DNA of 64,000 bases from Eledone cirrhosa (Eukaryota), in assembly GCA_964016885.1 (NCBI GenBank), contig OZ024762.1, forward strand, positions 13,330,001-13,394,000, given 5' to 3'. This document shows, in pieces, positions 1 to 16,716 of the stretch (within the stretch, counting starts at the first letter, position 1; every line of letters begins with the position of its first letter). The translations under genes and the position numbers were made by a program. The notes beneath the pieces were generated by a model. The model saw only the letters and a program-made list of their open reading frames with translations, did not search any database and had not been told where the DNA came from.

Positions 1-328
1 TTGTTGCTGCTGTTTGTGTAAGTGGGAAGGGGGGCGGGGATAACTTTATTTTGTTTGTTTTCTTCCATGTATATTGTGTTTTTATCAATGTGCAATCTTC
101 TGCAACCTGTCGGCCATTTTGGAATTGTTGTTGTTGTTTTTTCTACCATTTTGTTTTTATTGCTTTTGTGTGTGTGTGTGTTTTTTTTTTGTTCGTTTCT
201 TCCCTACATTCCTAACTCTCGCTTATCTTTTCTCGTTGTGTGTTTGTAGTGTATAAATATGCATGTGTGTGTGTGTTTGTGATCATGTTCTATTATATAT
301 ATATATATATATGTTTGTGTGTGTATAT

Positions 329-390
<62 letters not shown>

Positions 391-931
391 TCCATCCATT
401 TGAAAGACTTGTTATAGTCCAGAGGTTACTTGTAATTAAAACAGTGCAGACAGAGTGAGGTCGAGAATTATATTAGTATAGGTGACATTAATTATTAACA
501 TCCTGCACCACGCGAAACCACACCAGCAAGATATTCTTGAAAAAATACAAAGCAGTATTATGACTCCATCACATTAAAAGTTGAAATATTTTCTCTAATA
601 GTACACATTTTTATAAGAATCTGTTGACTACTAGAGATACTATAAACATTTGAGTTAGCAAATAAAACGAAGCACATTAGTAAGACATTCTTGAAAAGTA
701 AAAAACAGCACTACTATTGCACCACTTTATATATATATATATATATTGTTATATTTGGGGAGGGTCATATTGTTATAATATTGCCAGAAATAATAATAAA
801 ACACACTGTTTGGTTTGGATTGGTTTTCGCTTCTGTATCTTTTATATCTCCATATACACGATTTCATATAAAAAACTTTGCAAAGCTTATAAACTATGTT
901 TTTTTTCTAACTATACACACACACACACACG

Positions 932-1003
<72 letters not shown>

Positions 1004-1422
1004 ATTTTTGAGAATTTTATTAATAATATTCGATTCGTTTGCAATATTATTAATATTCGAAAAACTCAGATTACATTTATTGTTTATATATATATATATA
1101 TATATTTATATTTAAGTAAACGTGGTATCGTTTAAGGCAATCGCCCCTTCATTATATATATAATATTATAATTTGAAATATATATTTATAGCCAGTAACT
1201 CAAATATACATGAAAAGTGAAGTGGAGTTTTAAAATAGAAACAAAAATATCAAAACTATATATATGAAAATAGAATTATAAAGCACAGCTATGCTGAATA
1301 CCGGATAAAACAGCTATGCAGAATTATAGATAGAATACCAATAAAATAAACAGATATATATATAGGGAGACAAAATTATACATATAAAGAGACACTAGAT
1401 AAGCAGAAAATAGATAGATAGG

Positions 1423-1476
<54 letters not shown>

Positions 1477-1743
1477 TGTTTCTTTATTAGCCACAGGGGC
1501 ACAAAAGTAGGGGATAAATACAAAGGGGGAAGTTTACATACAATAAAAACGTGTAAAATATTATCACAAATGCAATTTAAAAAATTAGTCGATTTTCCCC
1601 AATAGGGGGAGACAGTTCATATGGGTAACACATACCCTCCGAAAAAATGTGCAACCCTCATCTCCAGGAGTACGAAGAGTTTGTACTCCTTTCCTCTCCT
1701 CCTCCTTTTTCTCAACCTACAGGCTGATATAGAGAGAAGGCCC

Positions 1744-1810
<67 letters not shown>

Positions 1811-2431
1811 TGTAGAGAGAGATAGATTGAGAGGCATCCAGATATACCAAAAAAAATAGACGGAGAAATTTAAAGAGACAGAGAAACAAACAGAGAGACA
1901 AATAGAGAGAAAAAACAGATAAGCAAAATAATAATAATAAAAAAAAAACAGATATAGAAAATTATAAAGAAGACAAACTGGAAAGGAAAAAATAGATACG
2001 ACATAAAAAAACAACACAAAAACAGCTATGAAAATTTCAGAAAAACAGATAAAAAGAAGAAGAAAAAAAAAACAGATAAAAAAACAGATAGACAGATAAA
2101 CAGATTAGATTGCAAAATATTTAGACAGGTAAAATAGATTGATATAAGGTGAATAGACACAGTTTGGTGGTGGTGAGGAGGAGGGTGAGGGGATGGTGGT
2201 GGAGGTTTGGAAAAGCAGAAAGTAAAATGTCATCGCTATGGCAACCGGGTCAACGGCATCTGAGCAACTTAAATTCTATTCTATTCTATATTACGTTGAA
2301 TGGTGAGAAAGGTAAAGCTGTATATGAGTGCAGGAGCTCGCGAACTGTTACAACTCTGTGTGTGTGTATATATATATAATGTGTGTATATATATACATAT
2401 ATATATATGTAGACATACATATATATATATA

Positions 2432-2501
<70 letters not shown>

Positions 2502-2616
2502 GTGTGTATATATATATGTGTGTATATATATACATATATATATATATGTAGACATACATATATATATATGTGTGTGTGTGTATATATACATATTTATATA
2601 TATATATATTTATAAA

Positions 2617-2716
<100 letters not shown>

Positions 2717-2748
2717 AATGTATATATACATACATATGTGTGTGTGTG

Positions 2749-2779
<31 letters not shown>

Positions 2780-2818
2780 ATTTATAAATGTATATATACA
2801 TACATATATATACATACA

Positions 2819-2852
<34 letters not shown>

Positions 2853-2856
2853 AATG

Positions 2857-2895
<39 letters not shown>

Positions 2896-3022
2896 ATATA
2901 TATTTATATATGTATATATATATATATATATATATTATATAGACAAAGAAGAAGAGTGTAAGGAGAACACAGTTATACATTATAATATCTATGTGTATAT
3001 GTTATATATATATATGTGTGTG

Positions 3023-3072
<50 letters not shown>

Positions 3073-3099
3073 AGTAAATGTTATACATACACAACATAT

Positions 3100-3143
<44 letters not shown>

Positions 3144-4502
3144 GCGCGCGTATCTCATGTGCCTGTGTGAAGGTGAGTATGATAAAAGAGAGAGCATGTA
3201 TATATGTGTATATATGTGTATATATGTTTGTATGTATGTATGTATGTATGTATGTATGTGTGTATGTGTGTGTGTGTGTGTGTGTGAATGATAGGGGTGA
3301 CTCAAAATTAGGATTTTAGAGAGTAAATGATAAGATGATAGCGGTAGGGATGGTGGTGGTGTTGGTGGTGGTGGCGATGGTGGTGGTGGTGATGTTGGTG
3401 GTGGTGGTGGTGGCGGTGATGGTGGTGGCGATGGTAGTGGTGGTGGTGGGTGTATAGCTGAGTAAACGGGAGAGGAGCAAGCGAGCAAGACAGCGGAGAG
3501 GAAGGAGCGAGAGAGCGAGAGAGAGGGGGGGGGATTGTGTAAGGTGAGAAGAGAATTGGGTGTGGATTGGGGTGGGGATGGGGTGGAGGAGGGAGAGTAT
3601 GTTTCAAATTCGTTCAAAGATTGAACTGAAAGAAGACTAAAGCTAAGTGGAAGGGGGAGTTGAGTAGTGGGGAGAGGAGGAGGAGGAGAAAGAACGTATA
3701 GCAGCAAAAGGAGGAGGAGGAAGAGAAGGACGCGGTGGAGGGAGAGGCGGTGGAGAAGGTTTTTTGTGGAAAGATGGAAGAAGAAGGGGGGGGGGCGTTT
3801 GGAGGGGAGGTGTGTGGTGGTGGTGGTGGTGGGGTGGTCGGTTTGTCGTCGAGTGAAGCTGGCGGGGGTGTAGGGAGGGGTGTGGAGTGAGGGTATAAGA
3901 GTTGAGTAAGCATTGGTAATAGAAGGGAGTTTGAGTGAGGGTGGAGTGAAGGCGGGGATGGATTGAGTAAGCATGGTGGTGGGGGAATCGGCGATGTAAT
4001 AGTAGTAGTGGTTGTAGTGGTAGTAGTAGTGGTGGTAGTAGTAGTGGTAGTGGTGGTAGTAGTAGCGGGAGGAAGGGGAGGGGAGGGGGAGTTTCTTCTA
4101 GATGAAAGGAAATAGAGATAGAGAGAGAGGGGGGGACTAAGAAGAGAATGATGGAGGGTATGTGTGTGAGTGTGTGAAAGATTGAGTGAGTGTGTATGTG
4201 TGTGTATGTATGTGTGAGTGTGTGTGGTATGTGTATGTGTGTGTATGTATGTGTGAGTGTGTGTGTGTGTGGTACGTTGATAGAGAGAAAGAGATGATCA
4301 AAGGTGATAGACTGAGGAAATATCGGTTGAGAGAAAGAGAGAGTTTGTACGAGAGAGAGAGAGGGAGAGGGAGAAGTTGTGTGTGTGTGTATGTGTGTAT
4401 GTGTGTGTGTGGGTGAATCAGTGTGTGTGTGTGGGTGGGTGTGTGTTAGAAAGGGAGTATTAGTGTGAGAGAGAGAGAGATGTAGTTTGTGAATTCATAA
4501 TT

Positions 4503-4569
<67 letters not shown>

Positions 4570-5353
4570 GCGATGGGAGGGAGGGGAGAGGCGTATATAT
4601 ATGGAGAGAAAGATAGAGAGATGAGGGAGAGAGAGAGAGAGCGAGAGAAGCAGATATATATATAAAGACAGAGGGGAAAAGAGAGAAAAAGAGTTAGGCA
4701 TATATATGGAGAGAGAGTGGGTGAGTGAGAGAGATGGGTAGATGATAGAGATAGAAGAGAGAGGGGGTGTGAGAGAGAGAGAGTGTGTGAGAGAGAGAGG
4801 TAGATGATAGAGATAGAAGAGAGAGGGGGTGTGAGAGAGAGAGTGTGTGTGTGAGAGAGAGGTAGATGATAGAGATAGAAGAGAGAGGGGTTGTGTGAGA
4901 GAGAGAGTGTGTGTGTGAGAGAGAGAGTGTGTGAGAGAGAGAGAGAGGGGTAGATGATAGAGATAGAAGAGAGAGGGTGTGTGTGAGAGAGAGAGTGTGT
5001 GAGAGAATGAGAAAAAGAGAGAGAGAGAGAGAGAGAAGTAGAAATAGAAAGACAGGCACAGACAAAAAAGGGGGGAACGAGTGCGTGTGCAGGAAGAGAG
5101 GGCACGTGACTAGCTAAGTAAGTGATAGGGGGAGGGGTAAAATGGGTTGTGGTGAGAGCAGATGATATAGGACAAGACGATGGAGGGAGGGAGGAAGGGG
5201 AGAGACATTATAATAATGAACAAGGGGTGCGGGCAGAGTAGTTAGGAATGCTACAGTGAGAGGAGCAAAGAGGAGGTGCGAGAGATGTTGATAGACTGAG
5301 GGGCGAGGGGGAGTAGAGAAAGACAGAAAGATAGAGATAGAGGGAGTGAGTGG

Positions 5354-5384
<31 letters not shown>

Positions 5385-6405
5385 TGAGAGAGGGAGAGAG
5401 TAAGTGAAACGTGTAAGATGAAGCGAAAGAAGGCGGAGGAGGTGGAGGAGGAGGAGGATGGGGAGAAGGAGGAAGAGGAGAGATGATAGACTGACGAAAG
5501 GGATAGAGTGATATATATATGAGAGAGAGAGAGAGAGAGATGGAGGGGTGGAGGAAGGAAGAGAAGGAGAGAGAAGGAAGAGAGGTGGGAGAGAGATAGA
5601 GAGGGAGAGCAGATGAAGGCAGTGGAGACGGGGAGATGCCAATAGACTAAAATAAAATAGAGGAGCGTAGAGAGTGATAGAAAGATAGGAGAGAGAGAGA
5701 GTGAGAGGGAGAAAGAGAGGGGACAGGGAGAGAGAGAGTGTGAGAGGGAGAAAGAGAGGGGACAGGGAGAGAGAGATGAACAGAGAGAGAGAGGGGGACA
5801 TAGAGAGAGAGAGAGAGAGATTGACAGAAAGAGAGAGAGAGAGAGAGAGTAGATGAAAGGTGCAAAACTATTGTAAGAAGGACGCGGAGAGGGGATAGAA
5901 GGGGGTAAAGGTGAGAGGCAGGTATATAACACAGTGAGGGTGAGTGAGTGAGAGAGAAGGGGGGGGGGGGGGAGAATGAGAGGGTGATGAGGAATAAGTG
6001 TGAGGCAGGTATATTACAGAGAGAGGGGGTGAGAGTTAGTGAGGGAGTGTAAGAGAGGGGGACGAGGAATAACTGAGGCAGGTATATTACAGAGAGAGGG
6101 GGTGAGAGTTAGTGAGGGAGTGTAAGAGAGGGGGACCAGGAATAAGAGAGAAGAGACTCGGCAGATGCAGATGTAGGGAGAACATGAAAGGAGAGAAATG
6201 GATAGGTGTGTGTGTGTGTATGTGTGTGTCTATGTATATATGTGTGTCTGTGTGTGAGTGTATATATATGTGTGTGTGTCTGTGTATGTATGAGTGTGTG
6301 TGTATATGTGTGTGCGTGTGTGTGTGTCTGTGTATCTGTGTGTGTCTGTGTAAAAGAGGAATGGATATGTGTGTATGTATGTGTGTGTGTGTGTGTATAA
6401 GAGAG

Positions 6406-6457
<52 letters not shown>

Positions 6458-6603
6458 AGGTACGAGAGAATGGGTATATATATATGTATATATGTATATA
6501 TATATGTGTGTGTATGTGTATGTAGGAAAGGAATGGATATGTATATATATGTGTGTGTGAAGGTAAGGATTAGGACGTGTGTGTATATATGTGTAGAGAA
6601 CGA

Positions 6604-6638
<35 letters not shown>

Positions 6639-7074
6639 CGAGTGTGTCGGTATGAATGTAAGCATGTGTACGTTTTTGTGTGTATCTCAATATATGTGTA
6701 GTTGTGCGTGTGCGTGTGAGTGTGTATGAGTGTGTGTGTGTGTATATGTGAGTGTGTGTGAGTGTGTATGAGTGTGTGTATGTGTAGTTGTGTATGAGTG
6801 TATGTATGTGTAGTGAGAGCATAGTTGAGTAGTAGTAAGAGCAAAGTCTATAAGCAGTGTCAGAGAGAAAGAGAGAGAGAGAGAAAGTGAGAGATAGAGA
6901 GCTAATGTGGGAGACAGAGAGAGGAAGAGAGCGAGAGAGGGAGAGAGAGGGGGGAGCGGGAGAAAGAGAGGGGGAGAGAGAGAGGAGGAGTGTGATGGAA
7001 CTATGTAAGGAAGGTGGCGGGTTGAGTAAGTTATTGGAAAAGGAGAAACGTGCAGTTAGAAGAATGGTTAAAGT

Positions 7075-7105
<31 letters not shown>

Positions 7106-7156
7106 GTGTGTATGTGTGTGTGTGTGTGTGATAGAGAGAGAGTGTGCATATGTGTA

Positions 7157-7195
<39 letters not shown>

Positions 7196-7272
7196 ATGTG
7201 TATGTGTGTATATATATATATGTGTGTGTGTATGTGTATGTGTATATGTATGTACGTGTGTGTATATATGTG

Positions 7273-7314
<42 letters not shown>

Positions 7315-7465
7315 AGTGTATATGTGTGTGTGTATAATATAAGGTTGGGTTGGAGGTAGATAGATGGATAGACTGATTATATGTATGTATATATATATAT
7401 ATGTATATATGTATATATATATATATATGTATATACACACATATATATATACATGTATATATATG

Positions 7466-7496
<31 letters not shown>

Positions 7497-7557
7497 GTAT
7501 ATATATATATATGTATATATATGTATATATATATATATAATTATATATATTTATATA

Positions 7558-7654
<97 letters not shown>

Positions 7655-7667
7655 GTATATATATACA

Positions 7668-7702
<35 letters not shown>

Positions 7703-7709
7703 GCATATA

Positions 7710-7744
<35 letters not shown>

Positions 7745-7762
7745 GTATATATATATACATGC

Positions 7763-7811
<49 letters not shown>

Positions 7812-7820
7812 CATATATAC

Positions 7821-7903
<83 letters not shown>

Positions 7904-7916
7904 TATATACATATAC

Positions 7917-8019
<103 letters not shown>

Positions 8020-8032
8020 CATATATATATAC

Positions 8033-8084
<52 letters not shown>

Positions 8085-9951
8085 GAGAGAGATAAACAGA
8101 CAGACCTATATATATGTGTCTATCTGTCTGTCTCTCATAGATTAATAGATAGATAAAGAGATAGACAGATGCATAGTAAAACAAGCTACTACTACTACTG
8201 CTGCTGCTGCTACTACTGCTGCTCCTGCTACTACTACTACTACTACTACTGCTACTCCTGCTACTACTACTACTACTACTGCTCCTGCTGCTACTACTGC
8301 TCCTGCTGCTACTACTACTACTACTACTACTACTACTAGACGAGTGAAATAGTTAAAGGTGTAAAAATATGAGAGGGGTGAAAGAGAAGTGGGGGAGGCA
8401 AGGTGTGTTGAAGTGGGAGGAAGGGGAGGAGAGAAATCCAAGAAGGATGAAAGGAAAGATTTTACTATAACACTATTGTGTGGGGTAGGTGGGGGGGGGG
8501 CAGAGAGAAAGACAGAGAGAGGATTAGAGAGGGAGTGAGGGAGTGTGAATGAGAGAGGGTTGGGGTGGAGAGAGAGAGTGAGAAAGAGTTGAGGTGTAGT
8601 GAAAGTAAGAGAGAGTGGAGGGGTATGAGTGAGTGAGGGTGGAGGTGGAGTGTTGGGGAGAAAGATAGTTGAGGTGAAGTTTGAGTGAGAGAGTGAGAGT
8701 TGAGGTGAAGTTTGATTGAGAGTGAGAGTTGAGGTGAGTTAAGGAGAGCAATGAGAAAAGGAGAGCAAGGAGAGCAAGGATAAAAGGAGAGCAATGAGGA
8801 AAAGAGAGGAAGGAGAACAAGGAGAGCAAGGATAAAAGGAGAGCAAGGAGAGAAATGAGAAAAGGAGAGCAATGATAAAAGGTAAGCAAGCAGAGCAATG
8901 AGAAAAGGAGAGAAAGGATAAAAGGAGAGCAAGGATAAAGGGAGAGCAAGGAGAGCAATGAGAAAAGAAGAGCAAGGAGAACAATGATAGAAGGATACAA
9001 TGAGAAAAGGAGAGCAAGGAGAGCAATGAGAAAAAGGAGAGCAAGGAGAGCAATGAGAAAAAGGAGAGCAAGGAGAGCAAAGAGAAAAGGAGAGCAATGA
9101 GAAAAGGGGGAGGGGGCAGGGAGAGCAGGGAGGGAGTTGAGAAAGGGGCAAAGGGGAGATAGCGGAGGATTTCAAATTAGCTATTGGCAAATTTGATTCA
9201 GAACGATTTTAAACATTTGCTGGGGTTGCCTGGATGTGACCCCATACATTTCTCTAAGAAGAATAAAGGAAATAGTCTAGATAGGGAACAGTATATCATT
9301 ATACGATGTTCCAACTTCAAGGTGTTTGAGGGTCGCCTAAGAGTTGTCCGATTGAGCTAAAATTTTGTACACCCGGTGCCTTTGTAGATTGGAACAGGAT
9401 TAGGTGATGGGAGCCGCAAAACTCTCGGGAAATTACCTATTGTTAAGGGCCACCCTAATATATATATATATACATGCATAGATACACACACACACACATA
9501 AATACATACATACATATATACATACATACATACATACACACACCCATACCTACATACATACACACATAAATACACACACAAACACACACATATACCTACA
9601 TACATATATAAATACATAAATACACACATACATACACACATAAATACATACATACACACACACACACACACATACACACACTCATCCATACATACACACA
9701 GCAACAACCAGAGCAACAACAGCAACAACAACTGTGAAAGTGTCGGCTGCTTTTCTTGAAATATTTTTTACAAGTTGTTGTTCTATACAATTATGTTTTC
9801 CTATTTGATCAGGGAATGAGTTTGGAGGAGTTGGAGAGTCTTTCAAGAGGGATGGTCACCAGAGAACATGGCCAATAAACGCCATTATCGTGACAGACGT
9901 TGTATACAACCACTTCAACGAAACCACGTTCGAGTCCAAAACGACGGTACC

Positions 9952-9988
<37 letters not shown>

Positions 9989-10120
9989 CTCATGTTCAAT
10001 TAAGCTAACTACAACACATACACATGTGTGTATATATGTGTGTGTATGTATGTATATATATATATATATGTATACATATATATATATGTGTGTGTGTCTG
10101 TCTGTTTATATATATATATT

Positions 10121-10151
<31 letters not shown>

Positions 10152-10204
10152 ACATATGTATATATATATATATATATGTGTGTATATATGTACGTATATA
10201 TATA

Positions 10205-10254
<50 letters not shown>

Positions 10255-10433
10255 CATGTATGTGTGTATTTATGTAGCTATATATGTGTGTGTGTATATA
10301 TATATAAATGTATGTGTGTAGCTGTTAAGTATTGACGGTCGTGTGAATGAGTACTCAATACTCTAGTGTAGATTAACATTATTTTCATTAAGGCCAACTG
10401 TGAGTCTCTCAATCTATCTTATTTCTCATTCTT

Positions 10434-10469
10434 TCTTCTGATGAAGGACTAGCGTCCGAAACGTTAAGA
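10434..10469 (+). ncRNA. Minimal type I hammerhead ribozyme motif (PLE-type)
   Basis: TCTT-CTGATGA-A-GGAC(TAGC)GTCC-GAAA-CG-TT|AAGA: stem I 4 bp, stem II 4 bp, palindromic stem III ACGT. Confidence 0.75.
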
Positions 10470-11537
10470 CCCTCTTCCTGCTATATCAAGCGTTAACCTA
10501 TATACCATCCATATACTTTACCACTTGTATTGTTATTTCTGTTTACCTTTTAAATATATATATATAACTATATATATATATCTACACACACACACACACA
10601 CATTTATATATATCCCTATTTTTCTGTATTTCTCTCTCCCTCTCTCAACCTCTCTGCCCCTCTCTCTCTCTCTCCCCTCTCAACCTTTCTCTCTCTCTAA
10701 TAACCTCTCTCCCTCTCTCAACCTCTGTCTCTCCCCTTCTCTCAACCCCCCCTCCCACTCTCTCTCAGTGCCACTCCAAATCAATGGAGTTTCTCTTGAG
10801 ATTAAACTAATCTGTGCTCACCACTCAACACAAGTGTCATCCATTGATTCATCTGTCTTTCTGTCTGTCTGACTTCTGTCTGCATGCTTGTCTGTCTGTC
10901 TGTTTGCATGTGTGTGTGTCTGTATGGCTGTCTGTCTGTCTGTCTGTGTCTCTGTCTGTCTGTCTGTATGTCTAACTTTTCGTCAGCCACTGTCTATCTG
11001 TTTGTCATCGCTACCTTCACCAGCAGCCGACACCACCACAAACACCACCTCCATTACACCACCACCACCACCACCACCATCACCACCACAAACTCCACAA
11101 GACCACCATCATCTTTACTCTACCGCCACCAACACCACCACCACCACGACCACCTCTACTACATCACCACGCCACCACCAACACGACCACCACCATGTAC
11201 TGCCATTCTTCTCAAGTGTCGATCAGTACAAACAGACCAGCATCTCTGTACAGACCGCAACCAGCAGCAATATATAAACCTACTTTACAACACCACCACC
11301 ACCACCACCACCAACAACAACAACAATAACACTAACAAAAGCAGCAACAACAACAATGTAGCGTAAACAATTCTCATTATAGTTCTCTGGTAATTGAATG
11401 GTGTTGTTGTTGTTGTTGTTGGTGGTGGTGGGTGATGGTGACGATGAAGATTATAATTACGATCATGATGAGGATGTTGGTGTTCATGACGATTTATAAT
11501 GAGGATTTTGATAATGATCATGACACAGATAATAACA

Positions 11538-11570
<33 letters not shown>

Positions 11571-11599
11571 AAAAGGAACACATATTGGTACTGAATATC

Positions 11600-12480
<881 letters not shown>

Positions 12481-12635
12481 ATAACAGCATGTTGGTTTAC
12501 ACAACACAGATATATATATATATATATATTTTTTTTTTTATGTGTGTATTTCTATATATATATATATATACATATATATATGTATTTTTTTTATGTGTGT
12601 ATTTCTATATATATATATATTTTTTTTTATGTGTG

Positions 12636-12724
<89 letters not shown>

Positions 12725-13194
12725 GTGTGTGTGAGTGTGTATGTGTATATATATGTGTATATGTGTGAAAGTGGGTATGTATATGTATATGCCGCATCTG
12801 TATACACCTATATGCATGCAGCTGACGCCTGTATGGTGGAATATAATGTGTTTATAGATTTATACCTGTCGAAAACTTCCATCCTCACAACTACGACACA
12901 ACCACCACCACCACTGCACCTCCACCATCACCCCACCCCACCAATAACAACAACAACAACACCAGCACCACCACCACCACCACCAATATTGCTCAATTCT
13001 TCTTCATTTTATCAAAAGTGTTCTAAACCACTTAGTAACACAGCTGGGAATCTACTTCAAGTGGATTATACACACATACACATATATACACACACCCACA
13101 CACACATATATACACCCCCCCCCCACACACACACATCTACATGCATGCACGTGCCAGCATGTATATATATACATACAGGTGTGTGTGTACTTGT

Positions 13195-13265
<71 letters not shown>

Positions 13266-13498
13266 TACATGCTGGCACGTACATGCGTGTATATATGTGT
13301 GTGTGTATGTACATACACATACCTACAGTCTCTGACACACACACACACACATACATACATGCAAATTTATACTCATGCGCAACCTCACTCTTTATAGTAT
13401 TAGCGGTGATAATAATGATGATGATGATAATGGTGCTGATGATGATGATGGTGGTGGTGGTGAAGACGTTGGTGATGATGATGATGATGGTGGTGGTG

Positions 13499-13529
<31 letters not shown>

Positions 13530-14022
13530 TGGTGGTGTTGATGATGATGATGATGATGGTGGTGGTGTTGAGGATGAGGATGGTGGTGGTGGTGATTGTG
13601 GTGTTGACATCAGTAATTGATATACTATTGCTGCTGCTGCTGCTGCTATTACTGCTGCTGTCACTGTGTGAAGGTGACCCCCTCCATTGTAATACAGGAT
13701 GAGAGAAACTCTAAGTATCTTTTACAGAAGGATTGTGGCTCTGATGAGATTTCAATTCTGTCTTGGTGTCTTCAAATATGGCTTAAGTGCTTCCTTGGGT
13801 ATTTAGTCCCCTTTCTTCTCCCTATGGAACATTGTGAAGAAGTGAGAACTCTTTCACCTGGCTCATACGCCAGCGATTGTTACGGCCCCAGCTCCCAGGT
13901 TGTGCTCAGATCTGCAATGAGTTTCTTTCACAAACCTCGATTAGGGGTTTGCCCTCACCGCCACTAAAACCACCTACACCGTCAACACCAACGGCAACAA
14001 CAACAACAACACCAGTAGCAAT

Positions 14023-14055
<33 letters not shown>

Positions 14056-14263
14056 ACCAGTAGCAATAGCAACACCAACAACACCTTCACCATCAACACC
14101 AACAGCAACAACAACACCACCACCAGTAGCAACACCAACAACAACAACACCTACACCATCAACACCAACAGCAACAACAGCAGCAACAACAACACCTACA
14201 TCATCAACAACACTATCAACAACAACACCTACATCATCAACACCAGTAGCAACAACAACACCT

Positions 14264-14295
<32 letters not shown>

Positions 14296-14684
14296 GTCAT
14301 GGTGTTGGACAACAAAAGAGCAAAAAGTCAGATTTTCCTAAGTGGTAATGTCACACATAGAAAAAAAGAAAGAAACGAACATACGTCTGAAGGAAAGAAA
14401 GAAAGGGAAAGAACCAAGTAAGAATGAATGATGGGGAGTAAAAAAGAAAGAAAGAAAGAGAGAGGTAAAGAAAGAAAGAGGGAGAGGTAATAAGAGACGG
14501 GTAAGGGGGAAAGGTAGACACAGTAAAAGTGCTGAGATGCACTTCACACCTTTTTTTGGTGCGGTTTATTGATGTCAACATATCTTTGGATAACTTAAAT
14601 ATTATCATCTCTTGCACCGTCTGTCTGTCTGTCTACGACTATGTCAGCCTCTCCCTTTCTCTCTCTCTCTGTCTCTCTCTCTCG

Positions 14685-14728
<44 letters not shown>

Positions 14729-14748
14729 TATATATATATTCATACATA

Positions 14749-14819
<71 letters not shown>

Positions 14820-15033
14820 ATGTAATTTCGGTTACAATGGGTTCGCCGTTTGAAGCATTCAATGCTGTTACGATGTCCGAATCGTGTTGAGTTGCATTCC
14901 AGAGATAAGGTGGCTGTAGTGTGAGGAGTGTGAATAAAGTAGGTAGCATCGAAGTGCCTGTTGCACCATATATGTACACACACATATATATATATATGTA
15001 TGTATATATATACAATATATATATATATATATA

Positions 15034-15442
15034 TATTAAAGTACAAATATTAATAAAATAGATGTTCTTTTTGATCAATTACATTTTATTATACATATTT
15101 CGGATGTACAACAGTATGTCCTCATCAGACAGAGAAAATATAATGATACATGACATACCCCGAGATGTTAAATGGTTAAGAGGTTAAGATTTAATCAGTA
15201 CCTTGATTAAATCTTAACCATTTAACATCTCAGGGTCATGTATCATTATATTTTGTCTGATGAGGACGTACTGTTGTACATCCGAAATATGTATAATAAA
15301 ATGTAATTGATCAAAAGAACATCTATTTTATTAATATTTGTATTTTAATATTAATAACTCTGGAAAATTATTTTCCCGTAGAGTTCTTCCAATCTACTGT
15401 AAAACTCCTTCTTTGATATACTCATTGAATCTTGTTTAACTC

Positions 15443-15448
<6 letters not shown>
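15034..15448. mobile_element. Foldback element (arms 15034-15350) with an HHR on each arm; right arm extends as a tail
   Basis: Near-perfect inverted repeat. + HHR at 15250-15302: ATTTTGT-CTGATGA-GGACGTAC(TGTT)GTACATCC-GAAA-TATGTA-TA|ATAAAAT. Mirror copy on - at ~15083-15135. Flanked by (TA)n. Confidence 0.85.
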
Positions 15449-15506
<58 letters not shown>

Positions 15507-15507
15507 G

Positions 15508-15597
15508 GCATATTACAATCGTTTCAATATCGGTCAGCTCAGGGTACAATGATAATGACCGGGGCCCGAAGCTTCTTCGATATCTCCTCAGATATGC
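15508..15597 (-). ncRNA. Type I hammerhead motif with large stem II loop
   Basis: GCATAT-CTGAGGA-GATATCG(~45 nt)CGATATT-GAAA-CGATTG-TA|ATATGC: stem I 6 bp, stem II 7 bp. Confidence 0.75.
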
Positions 15598-15946
15598 GAG
15601 TTTATACGTGCAAAGACACATTCAAACTGAGAACATGACGGCAACAACAACATCTTCGCTGTATAAAGACGAAACTCTTGCTTATAACGTTCAGTTTTAT
15701 TGTCTTGTAGATGGAGGTAACGTGAGAACCTGTTGACTTCTAGTGAAGAAGAAGGAGAAGAAGAAGAAGAAGAAGAAGAAAAAGAAGAAGAAGAAGAAGA
15801 AGAAAAAGAAGAAGAAGAAGAAGAAGAAGAAGAAAAAGAAGAAGAAAAAGAAGAAGGAGTAGAAGAAGAAGACGAATAATAATAATAATAGTAATAATAA
15901 TAAGAAGAAGTAGTAGACGTATATTTATCAATGTGTTTGAATCTGT

Positions 15947-16086
<140 letters not shown>

Positions 16087-16648
16087 ATATATTGGTTATT
16101 CTACGCACTTACATAGTAAAACATATACACACGTATATCTACACACATATATACGTGTGTGTGTTTGTGTGTAATGTATGCGCCTGTATGTGTTTATACA
16201 CACACACACACACACACACAAATATATATATATATATATCGTTGGTCGATGAGATATCAACAACAACAACAATAACATATCAAACATTTACTATCACAAG
16301 TTTGATGGAATGTGCATCAGAAAAACAATTTACTAAACGGGGAAAAAATCTGCAACAAAAATGGCTGATATCTTTACTTTTCCAATAACTAAGTAAGCCA
16401 TGAGAAAAACGAATTTTATCAGAAAAAAATATAAAGTAATAAAGTGAAGATTCAACAAACGTAAACGATGTTTAAAATGGGTTCCTTTATTGTATTGTGG
16501 TTAAGAAGAAACTTTTCAATGATGAAATTTCCAGTGTGAGGTATTTGAGCGTCGAGCTCTTGCCTTCCAACCTCGTCTCTGGTCCACCAATCAAAGTATT
16601 TTAAGTGACAACGAGTAGATAGAGACTAGGCGAATACACGTCAGATAG

Positions 16649-16708
<60 letters not shown>

Positions 16709-16716
16709 GATATATA

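Noticed and set aside
13741-13747. Isolated CTGATGA (also ~33037 and ~35330)
   Set aside because: No stem II plus GAAA plus stem III in the right arrangement, so not counted as hammerheads
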